DNA from: Octopus bimaculoides
Taxonomy: Eukaryota
Assembly: GCF_001194135.2 (NCBI RefSeq)
Contig: NC_068988.1
Span: 4,464,541-4,510,477 of the forward strand
DNA: 45,937 nucleotides
Direction: 5' to 3'
Below, piece after piece: positions 24,885 to 37,300 of this stretch (position 1 is the first letter of the stretch; each line of letters begins with the position of its first letter). The translations under genes and the position numbers were made by a program. A model generated the notes under the pieces. That model searched no databases, was not told the origin of the DNA, and saw nothing but the letters and a program-made list of their open reading frames with translations.

Positions 24885-25330
24885 GCGAATATTGTTGTTC
24901 GGGACAGAGGGGTAAAGGTATGTACCGTCACCGAGGTTGGCTGCCCTCAAGATATAAATATCTCTTAGAAAATCGAAGGAAAAGAGGATATCTATGGACA
25001 ACTGCTTCGAAACCTCCAGCTTTTATATCCAGACTATGAATTCATATTCATACCAATAATAATTGGAGCACTAAGTTTTGTTAGTAAATGTTTAAAGGAG
25101 AATCTGGATAAACTGGGATTTTCAGAAAGTGAAATCGATCGGCCAATTCGTACATTACGAGTCCAATCTGTGAGTGGAACAGTAAAAATATGCAAGACTT
25201 TTCTAAAGTTCCAAATATGAATTTGTCTGTGTTAACCACATCCCAAAGATGGAGCCTTGTATCTTTATTGGAAACCGGCTCCTTCCTCAGTGGAAGATTC
25301 ATAATAATAAAAAAAATAGAAGAGACATAC
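24885..25330 (+). mobile_element. 3' end of an RLE-type (R4/Dong/NeSL-like) non-LTR element: restriction-like endonuclease domain plus 3' UTR
   Basis: A single frame 24885-25220 with one internal stop reads ANIVVRDRGVKVCTVTEVGCPQDINIS*KIEGKEDIYGQLLRNLQLLYPDYEFIFIPIIIGALSFVSKCLKENLDKLGFSESEIDRPIRTLRVQSVSGTVKICKTFLKFQI*. This fits the RLE pattern (PD)I.V.D...C.V.EV.CP...K..KY..L...PIIIGALG. The UTR ends in cataataataaaa. Confidence 0.82.
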
Positions 25331-25334
25331 ATAT

Positions 25335-25557
25335 ATGATAGTTCTCTACTCCTTATGCAGAGTTTGACCACCTCAACACCTTAGAACGTGATGTGGCTTT
25401 TTAAACCAGACCATGTTTTGAAAAGTCACCCACATAGATTGCATATCTGATTTGGACCACCAAGTGCTGCAGTTAAGTCCTAATCTTTGTGGAACTTAAA
25501 ATGTCTTTTGAGGCTTCCGTTACATTTGTAGACCTTCTGGCATAAATTGCATTGAAA
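25335..25557 (-). mobile_element. Two decayed C2H2 zinc fingers, probably the C-terminus and 3' tail of an RTE-type LINE
   Basis: Minus frame 25557-25381: FQCNLCQKVYKCNGSLKRHFKFHKD*DLTAALGGPNQICNLCG*LFKTWSGLKSHITF*. The first finger is canonical (C-x2-C-x12-H-x3-H). There is no TGEKP linker and there are in-frame stops. Confidence 0.6.
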
Positions 25558-25863
25558 GGTGTGATATACATACATACATTACACTATCAGCAGCAGTTGC
25601 TCAAAAATTTCAAGGTACTACCTCTCAACTATGTCGTTGTCGCTACATCAATATTCAAAGCCATCGGAGAAAAAAACTTAGGAGAGAGAGTCCTCATGTT
25701 ATTCAATACATATGTATACATTCACATAGGGAATATTGCTGGAACATTGCCATCAAAACGTCTAGCAAGTAGAAAAATAACAAGCTGGATGTCGCTGTTA
25801 GGGGCATTTGACCGTCATAGAGGTCAAATGTTCTGCTAATGTGAATACCTCTATATATGCTAT

Positions 25864-25882
25864 GTATATTAAACTATATTCA

Positions 25883-25950
<68 letters not shown>
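25864..25950. repeat. (TG)n microsatellite
   Basis: Direct reading. Confidence 0.98.
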
Positions 25951-25953
<3 letters not shown>

Positions 25954-26377
25954 GTTTTATTGAGTCTTTGTGTACATAGTATATGTATGGAAGAGTGTGT
26001 GTAGTGAATAATCACGAACAGTAGTGTGCATGTGTATGCGTGTTAAATCTAGTATTCAAGACATGACAGGATTTGAACTTAGGTGCTGAAACCGAGCTCA
26101 AATACCACAAGGCATTTGGTCGACTATATAGAAAGAGGTAGGATTGATTGCAGTAAAGAGGATGGTATTGAACAGGAAGAAGACAGGGGTGACAGCGGAA
26201 TACATACATACATTCATTAATATATATATATATATATATTATATGGCCGGTGGTCTTAGCTTTGGATGAATTTTGAAGCTAATTTTGAGGTCCAGTGATC
26301 TTACCGTGCCTTCGGACAATAACCTAAGTGTTTCTGCCTCGACGCATATACATATATACAAATATGTATACTTCATG

Positions 26378-26433
<56 letters not shown>

Positions 26434-27840
26434 ATGTGTACACAGTATTGGATGGCCGTTGACTTTAATAAGTTCATCCGCGCTAATACATTTTATTTAG
26501 TCATCCATAGTTACAATCGTTTAATGTATGTATGCATGTATCTATAAATGTATGTATGTATCTATCTATAAATGTATGAATGTATGTATGCATGTATATT
26601 GCCTGCGATGTGCTTCATTCCTTGAGATTTTGTTTATACCAAAACCCACAATGGAACGCTCTCTCCTATGATAGGAAAAAGAGTATATTTTACATTTGAA
26701 GTTATTTTGCCTTATACTTACTTTTCTAATAACGCTGTTAACTAATTATTTAGCATGAAAATCATTAACTAACTAGTATTATGTAACCCAATATAAATCT
26801 TGTTACACTAACATAGCGATCGTTATAATACAAATTTTATTTAAAATTGATCACGCACACAATTGTAAATAGAAATAGAATACAATATATCAAATGGAAT
26901 AACAAACTAATTTCCAAGATAAATAGTCACAAAATTCAGTTACGGCACGTAATAATTAGTGACGTTAATTAGCAAAATGACTCTAATAATATTTATTCGG
27001 TAGCGTTTGATATAAACCCTACGCGGCCATATTTGAGTTTAAATACTTTGACCATTAGAAACTTTGTGTTTCTGAAGTGAAACATTTGATTAAACAACTG
27101 TTATATAGTGGCCACCACTATCCACCATCATGAAGAGAAATCCTTTTCAGATAGAAAATATTGTCATTGGCTAACAAAATCTATTTGAACATTTTGAGTA
27201 ACATAACTTCATTTTCAAGCAAGTGCTAAAAATATATCAGTAACTGGAACAAAAATCGCGTTAGTTGTAATTATGTGAAAGTGCTAGCATCTATAAATCA
27301 TGCATGGAATATGATAGCAGAGAAGAATAGAATTCTTAGGGGATATCATTATTACTAAATTAGAGTAACTGAAGTTGTTTCATGTAGTAGACAACAGCTT
27401 TTTAGATTATACTCATCATGTGTTTTTCTGGCGATTAGTCTCTTGTTTTATATTTTTCACTAATTATTTACTGTATAGGTCTTCTATATTTTACTGGCAT
27501 TGTTAAAACAAGGAAGTCAAATGGTGCAAACAAATCTGTATTCATTTTTTTTTTCCTTTTTTAGCTAAATTTATTTGTGTTATAATTTGCGGTTGTTTTA
27601 ATTACAATAAATGTTCGTTTATTTAATAGTGTTGCGTCTAGGGAATCGAATCTGTCGCCAAGAAAAGTCTTTCATCATCTTTTCTATGTGAAATTCTTAT
27701 TTTCAGAATTACTTTTAGACATGTAGAACCATATTTTCACAGAATCTGTCTTTGGACTCATAATAAATTCAGAGAGAAATAAACTGTTGTGTGACCGTGT
27801 CTAGTAATATATCCGTTCATGTTCTTTCCCATCTTTCATC

Positions 27841-28410
27841 TTTTGGATAAAGAATTTCCAGTCAGACGGCTGTAATGTAGTGCGCACATACGGCTTACTC
27901 TCTTGCACATATTTTTTATCAATTCTGGCGCCCGTCAGCAATAGGTTATGGCACAGATACTAGTTTTCATAGTTATTTCGTTTACAACTTCAAGCAAGAC
28001 AGATTATGCAGATGGTGCTACCTTTCATCTCTCCTTGACTTTTCGAACGAAGACATCATTCACATGCAAACTAGGCTTGACGAGAAATCTTGAAAACCTC
28101 TATTAGGGGCATAACACACTAATCAGCTTCATAGGAAGCATAAGCAGTTCATATGACAAGAATCAGTCCAATACTACTCCTTTCTTTTTCTTTAGAATTA
28201 AATATCTAAAATTCTCAAAGAGCTTACAAATGGTGTGATTCACAATTTCTAACGATCTGTCTTGTTGATCTTACATTTATGATGGCTAAAAACTAACATA
28301 AAAATTAGATTTCCTCTTCAGAAAGCAAAGATGCATCACTTCTGTCCAGTTTCTTATTAAGTTTAAAAATTGAGACGTACATTAGAGAACTGCTCACATA
28401 TCAGAAACGT
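27841..28410 (+). mobile_element. Ancient CR1/Jockey-group LINE RT remnant
   Basis: FWIKNFQSDG, then one frame from 27918: INSGARQQ*VMAQILVFIVISFTTSSKTDYADGATFHLSL...LTRNLENLY*GHNTLISF. Later KLDFLFRK and RRTLENCSHI. These match WI.NFLS.R, INSGVPQGSVL.P.LFLI, YADDSTLH.S, DL..I..WG..NLV.F, KLGFLFR and RP.LEYCSHIW. Confidence 0.72.
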
Positions 28411-30465
28411 TAGTTAAGTCACACATACATTCTAATAAAGGGCAATCAGACGATTAATGACTATTCACAGGCAGTTTTACTATTTCGTCTAGTTGTCCCT
28501 TCTGCCGCATGTCTCAGCAACTTTGCTCGTCTCAACTACACAGCCAGCATACAGATTTCTATCGAATCTAAAGCATTTGTCGCTTCTTTCGTTATTCCAA
28601 CTATAAACCCGAATAGCACCCATAATATGTTACCTAGCCATTGTCCCCTCTAAAACTGCTCCCTAATAACAATTTCTTTCTCCCAAACATTAGTCAACCG
28701 TTATCAGACATCACAAGTTCAAACTTGTATTCAAAAAATTAAGTTTACCTTCTAAAATTTATTTAATAATATTTCTTTCATTTTCATTCAGTCTTTCTTT
28801 GAATTATATTCTTACACATATATTACACTAAAAAATGCCTTGAAAATCTTGTTGGCTATCTTTAAAGTATTAAATATTGAGAGGTTCGATCTATTGAATC
28901 TTTCTACATTCCATTGACATAAATGACCATTTTGTTTGGTTAACCTCAACAATGGTGTCTTATTTATAATAGCTATGAGTGAATGTGTAGCCTTCTATAA
29001 ACTGAATTATGTAAGGACCGTATAGATGCGGTATACTTCTGTCGAGCTGAGACTTCAATGTACATTAGATTAAGTTGATTATTTCGTTTCATTTATTGAA
29101 AGATTCAACCGATAAATAGAAGGTCGGGCGCTGTCAGGTAGGTATGGTACGCGTTCCATCAGTGATAATCTGATAGCTCATAAAATTCTCCAGAACTGAT
29201 TCCTCTTCATCGCATAAAACATTGGCACTTCAGAATACTAGCAGCGGCAGATTGTAAAATATGGAGACAGAATTTACCAAGACAATCAGCAGAAATATTT
29301 TATAATTGGAGAATTATTACTTCTGAGTTCAAATATTTCATGGACTGGTGGAATGGAATAGAATATTCTCCCAACATATCTTAAATAATATTAAAATGAA
29401 ATTTTAGTGGCGTCTCAACGGTGGAACCGTTTACGGAGTATTATTTTATGGATTTCTATAACTGTTTGCCTCTTTGTTTCTCTATTGCAATTATAGCCTT
29501 AGCTAATATCTATTCTCCGTCTCCATCCTATTAATCTCTCGCGAGACAGCAGTAGTGACGAGATACAAGCAGTGAGGTAATTGGCTTCAAACTGGCTGAT
29601 CAGATTGGCAAGCAGACCAGATGTGCGGTCGAAGTAGTGTGGAAGGAAAAGTTGGCGGCAGAGGAAAAGCAGTGGCTTGTAACGCAGTAGTCAGCAACAT
29701 TTATTACGGCTAGTATTAAGTATGGCCAAATAATTTTGTATCACTACAAACAAAAGTAATCATATTTGGATGAAGTCCATGAAAGAAATTTATTATCTAA
29801 CCTAGACAAACCACTTTTACACACATTATCATTAAAATGCAATAAAGAACACGATGTTATTGTCTGTTTATTGAACTGACGTGCTTTGGCTAACAAAAGC
29901 AAGAAGTATCAAGAAGATTTACATTCATAAATGTGTTTCGGATATATGGATTTGAGAAGAGTGGCTGCCTGGCTAAACCGCTGAATTCCTGGCATTCGAA
30001 TCGTAGATTCTTCCGTCTGAAGAGTACAATAAACGTTGGGCTATGTAATCAAGAATTACATACTCCATGGTATATTTAGCTTGTGCTTGATAGGCCTCGG
30101 TCTCTCATAACCCAAATTAACTCCTTAATCTCATCATTTGTTTAATATTTCACCACAAAACAGTTAATCAACAACAGATTAATGAGTATTTTAACCAAAC
30201 TGCAACAGAATTATCTGACATGAAGAAAACGTGATTATAACAGATTATGTTTGTTCTTAAATCACTCTCACACAATTTAATTGTTTCCGTTTCCGCATAA
30301 CTTTTCAGATGTAGTCATTTGATAAAAAACGTACAACTCCCGAACCTGGGTTTAATATTATCAAGATATTTGTGCAGTGGATGAGGGAAAGAGTTTAATG
30401 TTCAAATCAAATATGACAATATATTCATTTCAGTAAAATAACAATTCAAATATTTACAATGCTCA

Positions 30466-30636
30466 GGGATAAGTCGATTACATTGACTTCAGTGTTCAAC
30501 TAATACTTACTTTATCGACCCCGAAAGCAGAAAGGCATAGTCGACCGCGGTGGAATTTGAGTTCAGGACATGAAGACAGACAAAACGCCACTGAGCATTT
30601 TGCCCGGCGTCCGAACAATTCTGCCACTTGGCTGCC
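30466..30636 (-). mobile_element. tRNA-type SINE (family B) copy
   Basis: Reverse complement has ggcagccaagtggcagaattgttcggacgccgggcaaaatgctcagtggcg...tgaactcaaattccaccgcggtcgactatgcctttctgctttcggggtcgataaagtaagt. Confidence 0.82.
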
Positions 30637-30901
30637 TTAAAACTTAGTAATAATAAAACTCTAATTCATTCAATTTTCACATTTTTAGTAAATATCTGTT
30701 CCAGATAGAAGCCCTAACTCTTCATCTTGTTATCCAGCAATGTATACGCCACGCTAGGTTCGACTTTGAATAAAAGAAGATATTCACAAACTACAATCTG
30801 AAGGACAAGGAGAGATACGACGTTGTATCGCATTCTTGTTTCTGAAATTGTGATTTTGTTTACCAGACGAAAATTTAATATTTTATATATATATCAGAAA
30901 T

Positions 30902-31110
30902 CGGTGAACTGGCAGAATCGTTATCACACCGAACGAAGTACTAAGGAGCATTTCGTCCGTCTTTACGTGCTGAGTTCAAATTCCGCTGAGTTCGACTTTG
31001 CATTTCATCCTTCGAAGATCGACAAAATAGGTACCAGCCGAGTGTTGGAGTCGATGTAATCGACTTGCCCCTCCACCGAAATAGCCGGCCTTATGCCAAA
31101 TTATGAAATC
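30902..31110 (+). mobile_element. tRNA-type SINE (family B), full length
   Basis: ggtgaactggcagaatcgttatcacaccg (A box), gagttcaaattccg (B box), gactttgcatttcatccttcgaagatcgacaaaataggtacc core and ccttatgccaaa tail. Confidence 0.85.
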
Positions 31111-31129
31111 AATATTATATATGTAAGAC

Positions 31130-31265
31130 AAAGGTTTAATATTTTGTATATTGTAATATCGTGTATACCGCACAGAGGTTAATACTTTGATACCGAACAG
31201 AGGTATTTTGTATACCGTAAAAAGGTTTAATATTTTTTATAGCCGGAAATGTTTAATACTTTCTG
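31130..31265. repeat. Degenerate ~21-27-bp minisatellite
   Basis: Repeated units such as (g)tataccgcacagaggttaatactttg / ataccgaacagaggtattttg / tataccgtaaaaaggtttaatatttt / tatagccggaaatgtttaatacttt. Confidence 0.65.
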
Positions 31266-32291
31266 TCTTCTGAGTAATCATGAACGCAAATATTTTAATG
31301 AGTATGGAGAAGAATTTATTCGACAAATCAAAACGACTTTGCTGATTTAGTACTGGGCGGAGCTACATTATGCATTTGGACATTTATTTCTACTTGGCTA
31401 CTATGTTTTAATTGGAAGGTTCATTAATATTTCATGTTGTTAACTGGTCATAAGGGATAATTTTATCTGTAGATGAAGATAAAGAACCTATTTCAAATCC
31501 AGATAAATTTAGATGGAGTAGTTTCATGAATGTCCCTCTGATCGTGACAAAATGATCATTTCTTTAATTCTATTGTAACAATAAGCACACAAAACTGCAT
31601 TCTTAAAAATATCTTTTTAAACAATATTTCCGAAATTTCATTTTAAATGTGTTAATTTCCCTAGTTTAGTCCAAGTAACAGTCAGCAACGTTCGGGCAAT
31701 TTATTTTCTTTGAGTTTTATTACTTATTTTTACATTATTACCATTTTACACATTGCCAAGCAATTATCTATCAACCACTTAGAGAAGCCATTAAGAATTA
31801 TGAATTGCTAATAGCTTTCTCCGCTCTGATGACGTAATCGTTCAGAAATATTCCTCTCAATCACCATTCATCAACACAGTCTATCTACTTCTCGTTTAGT
31901 TACAGCAATCTCAAACTGATGAATAAATTACATAGCCAGCTCAGAAATGTGTGCATGTGCAAACTCCGACAAGCAATTATGTGTGTATATATAATATAAA
32001 ACGAGCCAATATAGAAACTTCTATGCAGTCACTCAGTCTGCTTGTAATAGCAACCAAATAACCCTAATATCACACATACCGCCTTGAGAAAGAAAGAAAG
32101 ACACATCGATAGTCCTCTCTAAATATTTGCTACCAAAGGAGTCGGTTAGAATAGGGTTGGTCCAGGGGCGGGTTTAACAATCAAAAATATTTATGTGCAA
32201 TGTGTTTTTGAATATATATATGTACTTGTGGTGTATGTGTGTGAATGCGCGTGTGTGCGTGTGTGTGCACTTTTTATGCAGTGGCTATCAG

Positions 32292-32339
<48 letters not shown>

Positions 32340-32356
32340 GTTTATATACATACATT

Positions 32357-32395
<39 letters not shown>

Positions 32396-32405
32396 NNNNN
32401 NNNNN
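32396..32405. other. Assembly gap (10 N) inside an (AT)n array
   Basis: Run of N within (AT)n. Confidence 1.
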
Positions 32406-32455
<50 letters not shown>

Positions 32456-32546
32456 CATATGTAAGTTTGCATATATGTACCTGCACATACTGCATACATG
32501 TGTATGTGTGATTTGTTGTGATCACCATATGTATGTGTTTATATGC

Positions 32547-32601
<55 letters not shown>

Positions 32602-33318
32602 TGGGGGGGGGCTATATGAGTGTATGTGTACATACTACAGGCTAAACTTGTGGAATGTCTTACAATTATTCCTAGTTTCATTAATGGGTTGTAATTATAA
32701 TTATATAATTAGCCGTGTCTTTTCTGGCTCTCAGCTTTTCGAGGTCGGTACTGAAGTACTTAGTGACATATCCAACTAACCCAGTAATCATAGATATAAA
32801 TCTAGAAATATTATTTTGGCTGCAGCAGTTGCGGATTTCCCATTAAACATCGATAGAAACACACACACACGCACAGGCAAACAGACAGATAGGCAGCCAG
32901 ACAGACAGAGAGATTTATATACGGAGGAGATAAATAGGAAATGTGAGCTTCTTCATATATTCATTCGTGGTTGTTCATGGCGCCAACCACTAATGACTAC
33001 AATTACAATAAGGCCTTGTAAACGTTTCAGTGACACTTCAACAGAATCTGATATATTTTACTGACCACTGTGCTACAAGTGTTAAGATGGATAGTAGACT
33101 TGGTGCGGTTTCAAGAACCTGCTCTGACTGCCGCGTAGATGGACGTCCTGAAATCACGAATATTAACATAATTGACGAGATGTGCGGATTTCCAAGTGTG
33201 ATTCTGCCAGCTGCCGACAAGGAAGGATCGATAGATATATAGCCAGTAGTGTTAAAGATTTTTCAAACTGTTATGCATTTATAACAATTCATATTTACAT
33301 ACGGTTGTTGCTAATGAT

Positions 33319-33355
<37 letters not shown>

Positions 33356-33362
33356 GATATAT

Positions 33363-34392
33363 ATGTATCTGATCAATAAATATCCGGACTGATGCTATAA
33401 AGACAAAACTACGACGCGTACCAATTTGGTATGTAATCTCCTAAGTAGTCTTCTTCGGAAGCCACACACTTAATCCAGCGTTGTTTCCATCGACTTTCTT
33501 GGAACTCGTTTTGTGGGATTATCGCATTCACATTGATTTCCTCGACTTTCTGAAATCTTCTACCTTTAAACCAGGATTTGATTTTTTGAAAGAGGAAAAA
33601 GTCACAAGGGGCGAGATCTGAGGAATATGGTGGCTGTCGGAACTGGGGAATGGGGTGCCTAGCCAAAAACTGCTGCACAAGCTGCGCTGAATGGGTAGGT
33701 GCATTGTCATGGTGCAATTGCCACTCACCGAACGCATGCAGTTGTGGCCTTTTCCAACAAATAGCATCCCGCAAACGCAGCAAAACGTTACGGTAGTACT
33801 CCTTGTTTACTGTCTGGCCAGGTGGAGCATACTCATGATGAACAATCATCTTGTAGTCGAAGAAAACGGTCAACAATGTCTTCACATTCTTCTGTCTGGG
33901 AGAGGTTGGATTCACTGCGAAGACTTAAGCCTTTGTTTCGGAGTCTTAGCAATAGACTCAAGATTCATCACCCGTTATGACCGTTTTCAAAAGGTTTCCA
34001 TCGTTATCGACACAAAGAGATCTTGTGCAACTGAAACCCGAGTGTCTTTTTGGTCAACTGAAAGCGGTTTTGGCAGAAACTTGGCAGACACGTGTCTCAT
34101 ACCCAAATCTTCAGTGATAATGGACTGAACTGAACCGTAACTAATCTGAACAACCTCTGATAACTCACGGATGGTTATAATCCACGGATCCCCTCGCAGC
34201 TGCACGCACATCTGCCATGTTTTTCTCAGTTCTGCTGGTTGCGGGCCTCCCAGATCGTTCGTCACTATCGACATTTTGTCGGCAATCCTGGAAACGTCTG
34301 AAGCTCTCGGACACTTGTGTGCGACTCATACACTCTTCACCATACACTTTTTGCAGCCTTGCGTATGCCTCTGTGTAGCTACCGCATGACAA
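33363..34392 (-). mobile_element. Mariner (D,D34D) transposon with frameshifted transposase pseudogene; one TIR-like end at 33363-33390
   Basis: ORFs 34165-34392 (VYGEECMSRTQV...DERSGRP, HTH), 33987-34274 (LGMRHVSAKFLPKPL, ~WVPHEL) and 33409-33915 (VFFD...HHDNAPTH...PPYSSDLAPCDFFLF...RWIKCVASEEDY). TA-tgtatctgatcaataaatatccggact lies at the 3' end; no matching TIR was found at the 5' end. Confidence 0.93.
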
Positions 34393-37300
34393 CTTTCTCT
34401 ATCATGGTCAATGCGACGATCACACGCTACTCATCTTCCTTCCAAACACTACTGTAAATAGTGGAAGTGAGAGGTAGAACATTAAAACTTAGTGTTTTAA
34501 CTTAGAATTCAGTATATAAATTGCCACAGGGTATTTTGTTCAATACTCTGATGAACCTGCTAATCTATAAACTTACTGAGTTGCTGTTAGTCCTAGCAGA
34601 ATAGCCTTGAGTTTCACTTATGGTTAAGTTATTTACTAATACATACGATATTGCTAACATAGTATTTTATAGCTTTATCATCGTCACATAGTATAGAACT
34701 AGTACAAGAAGAATCGAGGGGACTTCGGAGATAAGACCTAGCGGTATCTGTTTCGTTGGTTGCGTTCCAACTGCAAGTTTGCTGCTCAACTCTTTAGGAT
34801 CAAAGCAGTAAACTATCAGTAAAATAATTGACTAGATTCATTTCATTTGCAATCTGTGCGTTACCATACAATGCACTACTATACTACACCTCCTCATCTG
34901 AAATTTCTTCGGCTCTGACTGCCTCTCTTTAAAAAAATTATTATCTCACTGTAACACCATAACTGCTAACACAATACACACAGCAAGTACGTACATAGGC
35001 TTCAATTCAGAGCACACAGAAGCGCGCGCTATCATTCACTTACACATATACACCCACAGGTTTCCATTCACTCATACACGAACTCCCTCTCCTCTCTCCC
35101 TATCCTCCCCTCTCTCTCTCTCCGTTCCCTTCAGACATGTCTATATTACTCAAGTGTATTGTTTCAAAGATTATAACCGGGCAATCGAGTCTGATTCCGT
35201 GAGATTTATAATTCTTTTAAAGCTATAAACTATAAGCGAGGAAAAATTGAGGAGAAATTAATCTTTTACGTGAATTTATTTTTCAAAGCAAAACTTTGGA
35301 TTATTGGCTCAACAAAGACTATTATTATATTAATTGCTAAACGCGACTAATTAACATCTTAATAATATAGTAACAAACAATTGTTAAATCTTTGATACAT
35401 TATAAGATATGACAAACATGCTTTATGTATTCATGAACAAATATCAGCTCATATCACTGAAATGCAAAGAAAAACAGAGAACCATATTGAAAAGATTTGT
35501 CTCTTTGGAAGTGGTTTGTTGAAATTACAAACGATAGCTATAGTTTATTAAAGGTACTCTTGATCAATGAAGAAAGGTTTTAATTTGAGACGGACTGTTG
35601 CAAATATCTTCTCCGGTAATATTAATATATCGGTGAGTAAATTCGATTTAGAAAGCTGTCCTTTCATCGTAGAAATAAAAAAGATAGCAGTCATCAATAA
35701 TGATCAGTTGCATGAAATTCAAAAATTAGTTTTCTTTTGCTCGACAACTTGTATTCTTTATCTTTCAAAGGACAAAATTCTTCTTAATATCTACATCAAC
35801 GCTAACCGACGTTATCACTAACAACTGCACACACTATTTGAAATTTATCGAATCAATATCAACATGTTCTGAATATGAGGATATTCTTTTTCTTCAATTC
35901 TACATGCTTAAAAATTCTATCGAAATTGACATCAAAGAAAATTTTGTCGGTCCAATTCTCTAATAGATGTCTTCAGCACGTCTCATGAACATTTACAAAT
36001 ATAGAATTATTTCAAAATTAATTCTATGTAGTTTACAGTATGAAAGTCACTTAGATCTTTCATTAATAGATTCACTAAAAAGTTATATGAATAATTGATT
36101 GCATGTAATGAATTTAGTAGAGATGAACTCATTAGGGAAAATCGCATAATGCTTTCATATATATATATATATATATATATATTCGGTTATATTAGATTTG
36201 GTTGAATTAGGTACTTAAATTGAGGCACCTTGTTAGGTCGATCTAATTTGCACACTCAAACAATATGATGTGAATATCAAACTCTGTGCAGAAGTGTTTG
36301 CACTTGATATTCTTGCAGTGTATGCAGATAACATGACGCAACTTTGTGATGAGATCTGCTCTTGATTGTTCAGACATGTACTTTATATAAAAATGGAAAA
36401 ATACTTTCTACATAATTTCCGAAGTTCAGATTTCAGGGTAGGGGAATAAAATATAAATGTATAACAAAGATGTCAATTCATTACGGCCGTTTCAAGCGAT
36501 TTCTTTTGTTGATTAATGAAAACACTACATTATTACAAAGAAACCGTTTTCATCAGATGACTGTATAGACTTGGGACACAAAGGACAAACCAACTGCTTT
36601 AACGTATTCATATCAGCAACGGAGCTCAAATACGAAGGAAGAAGAATAGGAAGAATTGATACTTATTTTGATTGTCATCTTAAAGGGGAAGGTAATGAAA
36701 AAACTAAAGGGATAAGTATTAGAAATTAGGGGTGAAAGATAAATACTGAGAATAAAGGAAATGACACGTTGCAACTTAGCATATTTATAATTTTAGATCA
36801 AGATATATTTAAATATTGGTATACATATATTTTATTTTTATCTTGTATCAATAATAATATTCCAGCTATAACCTTTTATTATATACCAATAAAAATCTTT
36901 ATATTTTATTTCATATTATATCTTTCCTTATATCTTTTTATACCTTTTTATATCATTTTTAATACGTTCGTCTAAAAAAAATTGTTTTAAAATAATTTTC
37001 TTATATTTTATAATTTTTTTATATTTTATATTTTCATATTTCATGCCTTTATATACCCTTTTATATAATTTTCATGGTTTTTACAGTTTACACTATTACA
37101 TGTATTTTTTTTAATTACACATTATATATCTTGTGTATATTTTTATAGTTTTTATAGCTTATAAATTTGTGACGATTTATATTCTTTTCGTAAAAGTCAC
37201 TGTATATTGTAATCTTTTTTTTATTTTATATTCTTTAATAATACATGATATTCATTATGAAATTACAGGACTAAATTTATTTAAATGTTGTATCTGAATG

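Noticed and set aside
3269-31110. tRNA-like A/B boxes
   Set aside because: They are SINE heads followed by SINE bodies and do not form a complete cloverleaf, so they were not called as tRNA genes.
31820-31856. CUGAUGA...GAAA hammerhead-like string
   Set aside because: No stem I pairing and a poor stem II.
35760-35860. INANRRYH*QLHTL, reminiscent of the mariner T.N..Y..QL motif
   Set aside because: No DDD motifs nearby; likely chance.
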